From positions 1-60,703 of the forward strand of contig JARFQV010000223.1 in the NCBI GenBank assembly GCA_029287615.1: a stretch of DNA of 60,703 nucleotides, in the 5' to 3' direction. Position numbers and translations under genes: made by a program. Of this stretch, positions 45,088-55,344 are shown piece after piece. This DNA comes from Pseudomonadota bacterium. Lineage in GTDB: Bacteria > Pseudomonadota > Gammaproteobacteria > UBA9214. The stretch's first letter is position 1, and every line of letters begins with the position of its first letter. The notes under the pieces were generated by a model. It worked only from the letters and a program-made list of their open reading frames with translations, ran no database searches and had not been told where the DNA came from.

Positions 45088-46200
45088 ATGCAATCCGGAA
45101 TGGTTCGTAATCCAGGGCTGATGATGCAAGGCATGCTGGAAACCAGGCATATTGCAGTAAACGGGGATGACCGTTTGTTTCTGCCGAATTTCTGCGATGT
45201 TCGCATGGTATTCGCTGTGGTTGTTATCGTGGAACTGCTTGCCTTCGTTACCGTGCTGCTCTCTGACGGTATGATCACTGACCGTTGGAGCTATCTTGGT
45301 CTGGTGTCCCTCTTTCTGCAATGGGTGGGACTGACCTGCGCGGCTGTGCTGTGTGTGAGCAGGAAGCTGCTGACAAAACTTGGAAATACCGCTGCAGCAA
45401 TAGTCAGTTATCTGCTGCTGTTACTGGTGACAGCCTCACTCAGTGAAGCGGCTTTCTGGCTGATCAGCCGATATCCGGCTTTGGTTGCTCTGGATAGTCT
45501 GCAGCACGACGAATTCTTGCTGCACAACCTGGCTGTAAGCGCGATCATCAGCGCAGTGGCACTGCGCTACCTGTATGTACAGCATCAATGGCGTGTTCAG
45601 ATACAAGCTGAAGCACATGCCAGACTGCAGGCTCTGCAGGCGCGTATCCGGCCACATTTCCTGTTCAACAGCATGAATACCATCGCCTCACTGACACGCA
45701 GTGAGCCCGACGTTGCGGAAGAGGCGGTACAGGATCTGGCGGACCTGTTCCGAGCAACCCTGACGGATGACGATAATCGGGTGAAATTGTCGGATGAACT
45801 TGAACTGGCACACCGTTACCTGCATATGGAATCGCTTCGGCTTGGTGATCGCTTGCGTGTGGAATGGAACCTGTGTGACTTGCCAATGGATGCATATGTT
45901 CCGCCACTGATATTGCAGCCATTGCTGGAAAATGCGGTTTACCATGGTATTGAACGTCTGCCGCAGGGTGGCACGATTCAGGTGTCCGGCCGATACAGTA
46001 GAAACAGAATGTCACTGCAGATCAGTAATCCGGTCACAGGAAATGGTGTGAACCGGAGTCGTTCAGGGAACCGGATAGCGCTGGAAAACATAAGGCAGCG
46101 CCTGATTCTGGCATATGGTTCCAGGTCCCGTCTGATCAGCAAAATCAGGGAAGGCAGCTATCAGGTCGAGCTGTTGTTTCCGCTGGAGACTGCATTATGA
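45088..46200 (+). CDS. algZ: LytS/YehU-family sensor histidine kinase (AlgZ/FimS-like)
   Basis: Four or five N-terminal TM segments, the His_kinase block RIRPHFLFNSMNTIASL, and an HATPase C-terminus. It is directly coupled to the LytTR regulator (ATGA overlap). Confidence 0.8.
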   Translation: MQSGMVRNPGLMMQGMLETRHIAVNGDDRLFLPNFCDVRMVFAVVVIVELLAFVTVLLSDGMITDRWSYLGLVSLFLQWVGLTCAAVLCVSRKLLTKLGNTAAAIVSYLLLLLVTASLSEAAFWLISRYPALVALDSLQHDEFLLHNLAVSAIISAVALRYLYVQHQWRVQIQAEAHARLQALQARIRPHFLFNSMNTIASLTRSEPDVAEEAVQDLADLFRATLTDDDNRVKLSDELELAHRYLHMESLRLGDRLRVEWNLCDLPMDAYVPPLILQPLLENAVYHGIERLPQGGTIQVSGRYSRNRMSLQISNPVTGNGVNRSRSGNRIALENIRQRLILAYGSRSRLISKIREGSYQVELLFPLETAL

Positions 46201-46937
46201 AAGTTCTTGTTGTCGATGATGAGTTGCCTGCGCGGCAGCGATTGCGCAGTATGATCAATGAACTGGATGATTGTATTGTTTGCGCCGAGGCAGTGAATGG
46301 TAGTGAGGCGCTGGCCCGTACTGCCGAGCTGGAGCCTGATTTATTACTGCTGGATGTACGCATGCCAGACATGGATGGAATAGAGGTGGCTCGTCATATC
46401 CAGCAAATGAATCAGCCGCCTGCCATTATTTTCACTACTGCCTATGGAGAATACGCACTGCCGGCCTTCGATACACATGCAGCCGACTATCTGCTCAAGC
46501 CGGTACGCAAGGAACGGCTCGGTGAAGCACTGTCAAAGGCGCGTAGACTGTCACGAAACAGGAATGATGCCCAGGCATGTGAACTCGGTGTTGCTGCTGC
46601 ACGCAAGCAGATATGTGCACGCATTCGCGGTAACATGACCTTGATACCGGTAGATGATGTACGCTACTTTCAGGCAGACAGCAAATACATCACCGTAGGA
46701 TATGACAGCGGACAGGTGCTGATCGAAGATACTATCAAATCACTGGAAAATGAGTTCAGCGATTCCTTCATTCGGATTCACAGAAATGCACTGATATCGA
46801 TCCAGCATATTCAGGGTCTGGAAAGAACGGCAGAGGGGCGCTGTCAGGTTTGTCTGCTGGGTGTTGATGAGAGACTCGAGGTGAGCCGCCGTCACCTCTC
46901 CGCATTGCGCAGGTTAATCAGGGATCTGCATTCCTGA
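46197..46937 (+). CDS. algR: LytR/AlgR-family response regulator
   Basis: Receiver domain (MKVLVVDDELPARQRL...LLDVRMPDMDG) plus a LytTR domain (YFQADSKYITV...FIRIHRNALI...VSRRH). The argH/algZ-algR-hemC-hemD order matches Pseudomonas as I recall it. Confidence 0.85.
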   Translation: MKVLVVDDELPARQRLRSMINELDDCIVCAEAVNGSEALARTAELEPDLLLLDVRMPDMDGIEVARHIQQMNQPPAIIFTTAYGEYALPAFDTHAADYLLKPVRKERLGEALSKARRLSRNRNDAQACELGVAAARKQICARIRGNMTLIPVDDVRYFQADSKYITVGYDSGQVLIEDTIKSLENEFSDSFIRIHRNALISIQHIQGLERTAEGRCQVCLLGVDERLEVSRRHLSALRRLIRDLHS

Positions 46938-46973
46938 GCTTGCAAAACAGCCATACTACTCGCTATCCTCAGT

Positions 46974-46992
46974 CATGCTGCCTGGCAGCATG
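46974..46992 (+). terminator. perfect 19-bp palindrome between algR and hemC (possible weak terminator or attenuator)
   Basis: CATGCTGCC-T-GGCAGCATG followed by GTTTCT. It lies 37 nt after the algR stop and 36 nt before the hemC ATG. Confidence 0.35.
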
Positions 46993-47027
46993 GTTTCTCC
47001 GGCGTATTGCAGACTGACACATCACTA

Positions 47028-47951
47028 ATGGAAAAGATTCGCATCGCAACCCGAAAAAGTCCGCTGGCACTTTGGCAGGCGGAACATGTTCGGCACCGCC
47101 TTGAGGAGTATTATCCCGGCATCCAGATTGAACTGGTCACCATGACGACAAAGGGTGACAAAATACTGGATACGCCGCTGGCAAAGGTGGGCGGCAAGGG
47201 GCTTTTCGTCAAGGAACTGGAGAATGGACTGCTCGAGGGAAGGGCAGATATCGCAGTTCACTCCATGAAGGACGTGCCGGTTGATTTCCCGCCTGGCTTG
47301 AATATCACCGTCATACTTGCGCGCGAAGATCCTCGTGATGCCTTTGTATCCGGGAAATACCCAAACATCGAGGATTTGCCCCAGGGTGCGGTACTGGGTA
47401 CCTCCAGTTTGCGCAGGCAGTCGCAGATCAGGGCCATGAGACCGGATCTGGAGATAACCGACCTGCGTGGTAATGTAGGTACGAGACTCTCACGTCTGGA
47501 CAAGGGAGAATACGATGCGATTGTTCTGGCGTGTGCGGGCCTTAAACGACTGGCCCTGACAAGCCGGGTTACCAGACCGTTAGAGATCGAAGAGATGCTG
47601 CCGGCTATTGGTCAGGGCTCTATTGGTATCGAGTGTCGCGATGCGGATGACAGGGTGCTGAGCCTTGTGCAGGCGCTGGATGATAATGATACGCATGTCT
47701 GCACGCGTGCTGAACGTGCCTTCAATCACAGGCTTCAGGGGGGGTGCCAGGCACCTATTGCCGGTCATGCGCAGCTTGCTGATGGCATAATTACGCTGCG
47801 TGGTATGGTTGGGAGTGTAGATGGCAGGCAGTTGATCCGGGGTACGATAAGCGGGCAGGCCGCAGATGCGCACAGGCTTGGCAAGGAGTTGGCAGAGGAC
47901 GTACTGTCACGGGGAGCGGCGGAGATTCTCGAAGATATTCATGGCCGGTAG
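47028..47951 (+). CDS. hemC: hydroxymethylbilane synthase (porphobilinogen deaminase)
   Basis: ORF 47007..47951, trimmed to the ATG at 47028 ([21 protein letters not shown]). Cofactor Cys context GGCQAPIAG is present. Confidence 0.96.
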   Translation: MEKIRIATRKSPLALWQAEHVRHRLEEYYPGIQIELVTMTTKGDKILDTPLAKVGGKGLFVKELENGLLEGRADIAVHSMKDVPVDFPPGLNITVILAREDPRDAFVSGKYPNIEDLPQGAVLGTSSLRRQSQIRAMRPDLEITDLRGNVGTRLSRLDKGEYDAIVLACAGLKRLALTSRVTRPLEIEEMLPAIGQGSIGIECRDADDRVLSLVQALDDNDTHVCTRAERAFNHRLQGGCQAPIAGHAQLADGIITLRGMVGSVDGRQLIRGTISGQAADAHRLGKELAEDVLSRGAAEILEDIHGR

Positions 47952-48753
47952 CCATGAAGAGCGCACGCTGGAGGGAGTCACCGTCCTGGTGACGAGGCCT
48001 GTCCATCAGGCTGACAGGCTTTGCAAGCTTATCGAGTTACGTGGTGGTCGGGCCCGTCGCTTGCCTGCACTGGAGATTCTGGATCCCGAGGACAGCACGA
48101 TACCGGACGAGATGATCGGGCAGCTCGAGCACTTCGACATCATCATCTTTGTCAGCGTCAACGCGGTGCGTGCGGGTATGCAGCGAATTCTGTACAGAAG
48201 GGATATGCCACGGAATCTGCAGATCGCAACGGTTGGTGCAGGATCTGCAAAAGAACTGGAACGATTCGGGTTATCGGTATCGATTCGACCGGAACATACC
48301 TATAACAGCGAGGCCTTGCTGGCACTTGATGAGATGCAGCAGGTGGCAGGGAAGCAGATTTTGATATTCCGGGGCAATGGTGGTCGCGAATATTTACGTA
48401 AATCACTGGAGGCCAGGGGTGCGAAGGTTCGCTACGCAGAGGTCTATCGACGTGTGCGACCCGATGTGGATCCAGATGATCTTATGCCACTGTGGAAATC
48501 CGGGGCGGTGGATATCATCACCGTCAGCAGCAACGAAACTCTGATGAATCTTTTTGATATGGCGGGTAAAAATGGGCAGCCGCTGCTGTGCCGGTTACCG
48601 CTTGTAGTGGTCAGCAAGCGCGCAGCAGTACTTGCTGCCAGACTGGGCTTCCGCCTGCCGGCGCAGGTGGCGGGTAATGCCTCGGACGATGCCGTGCTGG
48701 CAGCGCTGGAGTCCTGGTATCAGTCTGATGCCAGGGCGCATGAATCGATATAA
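47941..48753 (+). CDS. hemD: uroporphyrinogen-III synthase
   Basis: ORF 47866..48753, trimmed to the ATG at 47941, overlapping the hemC end by 11 nt. It has the HemD-like pattern (VLVTRP...) and sits after hemC. Confidence 0.85.
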   Translation: MAGSHEERTLEGVTVLVTRPVHQADRLCKLIELRGGRARRLPALEILDPEDSTIPDEMIGQLEHFDIIIFVSVNAVRAGMQRILYRRDMPRNLQIATVGAGSAKELERFGLSVSIRPEHTYNSEALLALDEMQQVAGKQILIFRGNGGREYLRKSLEARGAKVRYAEVYRRVRPDVDPDDLMPLWKSGAVDIITVSSNETLMNLFDMAGKNGQPLLCRLPLVVVSKRAAVLAARLGFRLPAQVAGNASDDAVLAALESWYQSDARAHESI

Positions 48754-48813
48754 TGCCCCGTTTTCTGATCTACCATTCGGCTCGTACCGCTGAATCAGTG
48801 TAGAGACAGGACT

Positions 48814-49845
48814 TTAATCCTGTGATGGACTGTCTGTGCGGGGTGCGAACTCGAATGCATCCGAATACATGTGTTCCTGCTGCATTCCATGGTTGAAAAA
48901 CAGGTTTTTTCCGGCCTCAATCATAACCGGCGGACCACTTACATAGATTTCGTGATCATTCAGGTCCGGATAGTGTCTGACCACACTATCAGTAACCAAA
49001 CCGGTTTCACCAGCCCAGTTGTCCTCTGGCAGCGGTTCCGAGAGGACCGGGGTATAGGTAAAATTGGCATGGTCATGCTCCCACTGTTCCGGCAAGTCGG
49101 AATACAGGTCCTGTTTTGCCCGAACACCCCAGAACAGGTGCATCGGTCTTGTCATTCCGGTAAAGAAGGCATGCTCGATCATTCCCTTGAGAGGGGCAAA
49201 GCCGGTTCCGCCACCGATCAGTATAATGGGGCGGGAGGAATTCTCACGCAGGTAAAAGGTCCCCAACGGCCCTTCCAGCCTCAATAGTGCCTTTTCCTGC
49301 ATCTGGTTGAATACAAATTCGCTGAAATAGCCGCCTTCGACCTGTCTTACCTGGAGGACGATAAAATCATCATCATGTGGTGCGTTGGCAATGGAAAAGC
49401 CCCTGCGCCGGTTGTCCTTGAGCAGTATTTCAATGTACTGACCCGCCAGGAACTGCAGGCGCTCTGCTGCTGGCAGCTTCAGCTTGATTTCCATGACATC
49501 GTGAGCAATCGCATTGAGGTGTGCAACCCTGCAGGGCAGAGTCTTGACCTCAATGTCACCTGTGGTATCGATTTCACGTACCTCGATAGTAAGATCGGTT
49601 ACTGGTCTTGCCTGGCAGAACAGGGCCCGGTTCTGTGACTGGTCATCGTCAGTCAGGGCAGGTATCCGCGCGTCATCATAATGCACTTGGCCAGTCAGCA
49701 GCGTACCCATGCAGGATCCGCAGGCTCCGTTGCGGCAGCCATAAGGTAGTACAATGTCCTGCCTCAGGGCAGCTTCCAGCACAGTTTCTCCATCGTTGAC
49801 GATGAACTGATGACCGCTGTGATCTATTCGAACGATATGAGGCAT
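48814..49845 (-). CDS. 2Fe-2S ferredoxin-FNR fusion oxidoreductase (CDP-6-deoxy-delta-3,4-glucoseen reductase-like)
   Basis: N-terminal plant-type ferredoxin C-x4-C-x2-C (CRNGACGSC), the FAD motif RGFSIA, and the NAD motif GGGTGFAP. Confidence 0.88.
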   Translation of the reverse strand: MPHIVRIDHSGHQFIVNDGETVLEAALRQDIVLPYGCRNGACGSCMGTLLTGQVHYDDARIPALTDDDQSQNRALFCQARPVTDLTIEVREIDTTGDIEVKTLPCRVAHLNAIAHDVMEIKLKLPAAERLQFLAGQYIEILLKDNRRRGFSIANAPHDDDFIVLQVRQVEGGYFSEFVFNQMQEKALLRLEGPLGTFYLRENSSRPIILIGGGTGFAPLKGMIEHAFFTGMTRPMHLFWGVRAKQDLYSDLPEQWEHDHANFTYTPVLSEPLPEDNWAGETGLVTDSVVRHYPDLNDHEIYVSGPPVMIEAGKNLFFNHGMQQEHMYSDAFEFAPRTDSPSQD

Positions 49846-49907
49846 GATGTTATAAAAAGGCGCAGGAGATATGGGATTGTCCCTGATTTTTGTGCGGAGA
49901 TAAACCT

Positions 49908-50789
49908 ATGCATTCTGTGTTAATTGTTGGTTGTGGTTATATCGGCAGACGTGTTGCGCGTGTCTGTATTGACCGGGGCTCCGATGTTATCGGCGTGGTG
50001 CGCAGCAATGAAAGCGCCGGATTGCTGGAAAATTCCGGGATCACTCCCTGCATTCTCGACCTGGATGTTGAGAGTGCAAGTCTTCCATACCGCTACGAGT
50101 ATAAGCAGGTGTTCTATTTTGCACCACCGCCACCCGAAGGCGATTCGGACAAGCGAATGGAGGTCTTCCTGAAGGGGATTCATGCAGACAGGCTGCCGAC
50201 TCGAATTGTCTACATCAGCACCACCGCGGTTTACGGTGACTGCGGTGGCAAATGGATCGATGAAGATCAGCCCGTTAGCCCGGGGACATCCAGAGGTAAA
50301 CGGCGACTGGCGGCCGAGCATTCGCTTTCGCGCTGGTGTCGGCGTCATGATGTGGAATACGTGATACTCAGGGTACCGGGTATTTATGGTCCAGGAAAGC
50401 TGCCGATCGACCGGATCAGAAAGGCATTGCCGGTATTGCGCTTGGAGGATTCCCCCTATACAAACCGGGTGCATGCGGATGATCTGGCCAGGGTATGTCT
50501 TGCGTCGATGGAGCGAGCCAAAACCGGTTCGATTTACAACGTCAGCGATGGACATCCCGGTACCATGACGGATTATTTTTTCCGGATCGCTGATCTGACA
50601 AAACTTCCAAGGCCACCTCAGGTGACCAGGAGAGAGGCAGAGCATGTCCTCTCGCCGGGCATGCTTTCTTTCATGAAGGAATCCAAGCGGCTGACGAACA
50701 GGAAAATGCTGGACGAACTGGGCATCCAATTGCACTATCCGGATCTGGTAGCTGGTTTGCCCACCTGTCTGGATACTTCGGCGCGGTAG
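49908..50789 (+). CDS. NAD-dependent epimerase/dehydratase (SDR) family protein
   Basis: ORF 49890..50789, trimmed to the ATG at 49908. Rossmann motif VLIVGCGYIGRRV. Substrate unknown. Confidence 0.75.
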   Translation: MHSVLIVGCGYIGRRVARVCIDRGSDVIGVVRSNESAGLLENSGITPCILDLDVESASLPYRYEYKQVFYFAPPPPEGDSDKRMEVFLKGIHADRLPTRIVYISTTAVYGDCGGKWIDEDQPVSPGTSRGKRRLAAEHSLSRWCRRHDVEYVILRVPGIYGPGKLPIDRIRKALPVLRLEDSPYTNRVHADDLARVCLASMERAKTGSIYNVSDGHPGTMTDYFFRIADLTKLPRPPQVTRREAEHVLSPGMLSFMKESKRLTNRKMLDELGIQLHYPDLVAGLPTCLDTSAR

Positions 50790-50951
50790 CCGGTTTGACG
50801 CGAATCTCCCGCTGCTATGACAGGCCCTGGTTGAAGACAGGTCGAGCTTCCCTCAGACCACTTGCGGCACCCACAACTCTGGCATGCTGCTTTAGCCTGT
50901 ATCCTGCTCACCGTTTTCATCCCGCCGGCGGCGCTTGCACTTCCCGTTCTA

Positions 50952-52418
50952 TCAAACGATCCCGAGTTCATCCCAGATGGAATCGATACGGCTTACCGTG
51001 GTTTCGTCCATATAGATCGGCTGTCCCCAGTTCCGTGTTGTTTCTCCCCTCCATTTACTGGTTGCGTCCAGGCCCATTTTGCTTCCCAGCCCGGAAACCG
51101 GGGATGCGAAATCCAGGTAGTCGATCGGGGTATTTTCTATGATGGTGGTATCGCGGACTGGATCCATGCGGGTGGTCATCGCCCATATTACATCCTTCCA
51201 GTCCCGTACATTGATATCGTCATCCGTGATGATAACGAATTTGGTATACATGAATTGTCGCAGAAATGACCATATGCCAAGCATGATCCTTTTTGCATGG
51301 CCCGGATACTGCTTCCTGATGCTGACACAGGCAACGCGATAGGAGCATCCTTCCGGCGGCAGGTAGAAATCAGTGATTTCAGGGAATTGCTTTTGCAGTA
51401 TCGGTATAAAAACCTCATTCAGGGCGACACCCAGGATGGAGGGTTCATCAGGCGGGCGTCCTGTATAGGTACTGTGATAAACAGGGTTGTTGCGATGGGT
51501 AAGGCACTCTATCGTGAAGACCGGGAAGCGCTCGACTTCGTTATAGTAGCCCGTGTGGTCCCCGAACGGACCTTCATCTGCCTCTTCTCCGGGCTGTATA
51601 TATCCCTCCAGAACAAATTCAGCAGTGGCGGGAACCTTCAAGTCGCATGTTACACACTTGACAAGCTCCGTTCTGGATCCTCGCAGCAATCCGGCAAAGG
51701 CATATTCGGAGAGGCTATCCGGTACCGGGGTAACGGCTGCCAGGATCGTGGCCGGGTCTGCGCCAAGGGCAACAGCAACCGGAAATTTCTTGCCTGGATG
51801 AGCATTGCACCAGTCACGGTAATCCAGGGCACCGCCGCGATGTGCCAGCCAGCGCATGATAACCTTGTTGGGGCCGATAAGCTGCTGACGATAAATCCCG
51901 GTGTTCTGTCGTTCCTTGTGAGGGCCCCTGGTCGATACCAGGGCCCATGTAATCAGCGGTCCGGCATCACCGGGCCAGCAGGTCTGGACGGGTAGCGTCG
52001 ACACATCTATGTCCGGTGCCCTGTAGATATTTTCCTGGCAGGGGGCGGAACGAACAAGCTTCGGAGACATGCTGAGCACCTGCTTGAATACCGGTAGCTT
52101 CTCCCAGGCGTCCTTCATTCCCCTCGGAGGGTCAGGTTCTTTCAGATAGGCCAGCAGCTTGCCGACTTCCCGCAAGGCATCGACCGAGTCCTCGCCCATT
52201 CCATAGGCAACGCGTTGCGGTGTACCAAACAGGTTTCCAAGAACAGGTACAGTGTGCCCTGATGGTTTTTCAAAGAGCAGGGCAGGTCCACCCAGCCGAA
52301 GAGTGCGGTCACAGATCTCGGTTATTTCGAGTCGGGGATCGACTTCCAGGCCAATGCGTTTCAGCTCAGCTTGCTGCTCCAGCACGGCTATGAATTCGCG
52401 CAGGTCCCGGTATTTCAT
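50952..52418 (-). CDS. ubiD: 4-hydroxy-3-polyprenylbenzoate decarboxylase UbiD
   Basis: [22 protein letters not shown], with full-length UbiD similarity (488 aa). Confidence 0.95.
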   Translation of the reverse strand: MKYRDLREFIAVLEQQAELKRIGLEVDPRLEITEICDRTLRLGGPALLFEKPSGHTVPVLGNLFGTPQRVAYGMGEDSVDALREVGKLLAYLKEPDPPRGMKDAWEKLPVFKQVLSMSPKLVRSAPCQENIYRAPDIDVSTLPVQTCWPGDAGPLITWALVSTRGPHKERQNTGIYRQQLIGPNKVIMRWLAHRGGALDYRDWCNAHPGKKFPVAVALGADPATILAAVTPVPDSLSEYAFAGLLRGSRTELVKCVTCDLKVPATAEFVLEGYIQPGEEADEGPFGDHTGYYNEVERFPVFTIECLTHRNNPVYHSTYTGRPPDEPSILGVALNEVFIPILQKQFPEITDFYLPPEGCSYRVACVSIRKQYPGHAKRIMLGIWSFLRQFMYTKFVIITDDDINVRDWKDVIWAMTTRMDPVRDTTIIENTPIDYLDFASPVSGLGSKMGLDATSKWRGETTRNWGQPIYMDETTVSRIDSIWDELGIV

Positions 52419-52437
52419 GGAAGGGCCTGGCCGGGTA

Positions 52438-53205
52438 TCACAGGTCGAACTCCGCGATCACCGGTGCATGATCGGAAGGGCGCTCAAGGCGTCTGGGTGT
52501 CTTGTCTACACTACAGGCAGTACAGGATTCCTGCAGAAGTTTGCTTGCCAGTATCAGATCGATTCGCAAACCCATATTGCGCCGGAAAGCTGCGGCACGG
52601 TAGTCCCACCAGCTGTAACAGTCATCCTCTTGCTCAAATAGCCGGAAAACATCAGACAGGCCGAGATCGAGAATACCTTTCAACGCTGATCTCTCCGCTG
52701 TGCTGCAGAGTATCTTTTCATGCCATGCCTCCGGGTCATAGACATCGCGGTCATCTGGTGCGATATTGAAATCCCCCGCAACCACTACCCGTTCATGGAT
52801 CTTCAGCTGGTCTGCTATGTAGGCAGTAAGCTTTTCCAACCAGTCCAGCTTGTATGCGAATTTTTCGGAACCAACCTCGGAGCCATTGACAACATACAGA
52901 TTGATAAGCCGTATGTCATTGACAGTTACCGCCAGGATGCGGCGTTGGGGATCATCGAGTCCTGGCACGTCAGTGATGATGTCAGTAGCTTCTTCCCTGC
53001 TCAGTAACGCGACACCATTGTAGGTTTTCTGACCCGAAAAGACCGCTTTGTATCCTGAATCTGCGATTTCAGCGACCGGGAATTTGTCATCGGTCAGCTT
53101 GGTTTCCTGCAGCGCGAGTAGATCGACGTCGCTATCCGAAATCCAATCAAGGACCTGAGGGAGTCGTACCTTGAGTGAATTGACGTTCCAGGTGGCGATT
53201 TTCAT
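52438..53205 (-). CDS. xthA: exodeoxyribonuclease III
   Basis: [18 protein letters not shown] ... [12 protein letters not shown], the EEP nuclease pattern. Confidence 0.94.
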   Translation of the reverse strand: MKIATWNVNSLKVRLPQVLDWISDSDVDLLALQETKLTDDKFPVAEIADSGYKAVFSGQKTYNGVALLSREEATDIITDVPGLDDPQRRILAVTVNDIRLINLYVVNGSEVGSEKFAYKLDWLEKLTAYIADQLKIHERVVVAGDFNIAPDDRDVYDPEAWHEKILCSTAERSALKGILDLGLSDVFRLFEQEDDCYSWWDYRAAAFRRNMGLRIDLILASKLLQESCTACSVDKTPRRLERPSDHAPVIAEFDL

Positions 53206-53214
53206 TCTTGATGC

Positions 53215-55254
53215 TCAGGCGGCAAGGCCGCTATGACGCAGCAGTGCATCTATCGTGGGTTCGCGTCCACGAAAGGCGATAAATAACTCCATGGGATCAC
53301 GCGACCCGCCCTGCTCCAGGATACTGGAGAGAAACTTCGCGCCGGTTTCGGAATCAAATATCCCGTTTTCCTCGAAGGCTGAAAATGCGTCTGACGACAG
53401 GACTTCAGCCCATTTATAGCTGTAGTAACCAGCCGCGTAACCGCCGGAAAAAATATGTGTGAAGCTGTTCGGGAAACGGTTAAAGGCCGGCGGCTGGATG
53501 ACGGATACCTGATTGCGAACCTCTTCAAGAATCTCGGGGATGCGTGCACCCGCGGTTAGGTCATATTCCAGATGTATACGGAAATCAAAGAGGGCAAATT
53601 CAAGTTGCCTGACCATCTGCATGGCAGACTGGAAGTTTCTTGCATTGTGCATGCGCTGGAAAAGATCATCGGGCAGGTGTTCCCCGGTCTTGTAATGCGA
53701 GGCCATGAGATCAAGTGCCTCGCGCTCCCAGCACCAGTTTTCCATGAACTGGCTGGGTAACTCAACTGCATCCCAGGCGACGCCGTTGATTCCTGATATG
53801 CTCGAATAATCCACTTTTGTGAGCATGTGATGCAAGCCATGGCCGAATTCATGAAACAGGGTAATTACCTCGTCATGGGTGAAAAGTGCCGGATCATCAC
53901 CGATCGGTGGTGAGAAATTACAGGTTAGATAGGCTACCGGTATCTGGGATTTCCCTTCTGCCATCCGCCGACTGATACACTCGTCCATCCAGGCACCACC
54001 CCTTTTATGGGGGCGTGCGTACAGGTCAAGGTAAAACTGCCCCCGCAACTCTCCGGCGGCATCGAAAATGCGGTAGAACCGAACATCCTGGTGCCAGGTA
54101 TCAACACCATCGGCTTTTTCTATTCTCAGACCGTAGAGTCTTTCCGCTACGGAGAACAGACCGGACACCACATGTGGCTCCGGAAAATAGGGCTTCAGTT
54201 CCTCCTGGGAGATGGCGTAATTGTGCTGGCGCAGCTTCTCCGAATAATAGGGGATGTCCCATGCCTGAAGATCCTCCATCGCATGGTTGACACGGGCATA
54301 GTCGCGGACTTCCCCAAGCTCCGTTTCGGCCCTGCCCCTGGAGCGCTCTGCGAGGTCGTGGAGGAAATCCATAACCTGTCGTGTTGATTGCGCCATTTTT
54401 TTCGCCAGCGACCTTTCTGCGTGATTATTGAAACCCAGCAGCAAGGCTGCTTCATGGCGTAACGCCAGGATGCTTTCCATGATCGGTGTATTATCCCACT
54501 GACCCGCATATGGTCCCTGGTCCGAGGCTCTTGTTGCATAGGCGGTATACATTTCCTCACGCAGTTCGCGATTGTCTGCATAGGTTAATACCGGATGATA
54601 GGATGGGAAATCCAGTGTGAAGAGCCAGCCATCCATTTGCTTGTTTTGTGCAGCCTGTCTGGCCAGGGAACGCGCGGTTTCGGGCAGGCCGGAAAGCAGT
54701 TGTTCATCACTGATATGTCTGCTCCATGCATTGGTCGCATCAAGTACGTTGTCTGAAAATTTTGAAGCCAGCATGGATAGTTCCTGCATGATAATCTTGT
54801 AGCGTGTCCGTTTGTCTGCTTCCAGCTGGATGCCTGAGAGACGGAAATCACGCATTGCATTATCGATTACCTTTTTTTGAGAAGGATTCAGACGGTCATA
54901 TTCGGAACCCTCGGCAATCTGCCTGTATGCCCGGAAAAGGTCCTCGTTCTGACCCAATTCCGTTGCATATTCAGTAAGCAGGGGCAGGCAGGCATTATAG
55001 GCGTTGCGGAGGTCTTCTGTATTCACTACCGAATTCATGTGGCTTACCGGTGACCATGAGCGACTGAGTCGGTCATCCATGGATTCCAGCGGAGCGATCA
55101 GGTTATCCCAGGTATAATCGGTGTTTTCATCCAGCAGTCTCTGTACATTGCTCCTGTTTTCTTTCAGGATTTGCCTGACAGCCGGTTCTACCTGTTCGGG
55201 ACGGATTGCGGAAAAAGGGGGAAGTCCTCTTATCTCCAGTAATGGATTGGTCAT
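53215..55254 (-). CDS. prlC: oligopeptidase A (M3 family)
   Basis: The zinc motif HEFGHGLHH within a 679-aa M3A-type protein. Confidence 0.94.
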   Translation of the reverse strand: MTNPLLEIRGLPPFSAIRPEQVEPAVRQILKENRSNVQRLLDENTDYTWDNLIAPLESMDDRLSRSWSPVSHMNSVVNTEDLRNAYNACLPLLTEYATELGQNEDLFRAYRQIAEGSEYDRLNPSQKKVIDNAMRDFRLSGIQLEADKRTRYKIIMQELSMLASKFSDNVLDATNAWSRHISDEQLLSGLPETARSLARQAAQNKQMDGWLFTLDFPSYHPVLTYADNRELREEMYTAYATRASDQGPYAGQWDNTPIMESILALRHEAALLLGFNNHAERSLAKKMAQSTRQVMDFLHDLAERSRGRAETELGEVRDYARVNHAMEDLQAWDIPYYSEKLRQHNYAISQEELKPYFPEPHVVSGLFSVAERLYGLRIEKADGVDTWHQDVRFYRIFDAAGELRGQFYLDLYARPHKRGGAWMDECISRRMAEGKSQIPVAYLTCNFSPPIGDDPALFTHDEVITLFHEFGHGLHHMLTKVDYSSISGINGVAWDAVELPSQFMENWCWEREALDLMASHYKTGEHLPDDLFQRMHNARNFQSAMQMVRQLEFALFDFRIHLEYDLTAGARIPEILEEVRNQVSVIQPPAFNRFPNSFTHIFSGGYAAGYYSYKWAEVLSSDAFSAFEENGIFDSETGAKFLSSILEQGGSRDPMELFIAFRGREPTIDALLRHSGLAA

Positions 55255-55344
55255 ATCAATTGAAATACAGGCTGTGGAAAACGTCCTAATACTCTAGAGC
55301 ACAGGCAGTGCTGTTGTATAGCCCCGGGATTAATGGAGATCTGA

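Noticed and set aside
49920-50735. 271-aa minus-strand ORF covering almost the whole SDR gene.
   Set aside because: The plus-strand frame has a Rossmann motif (VLIVGCGYIGRRV) and SDR-like organisation. The minus-strand product is Arg/His/Pro/Cys-rich with no motif.
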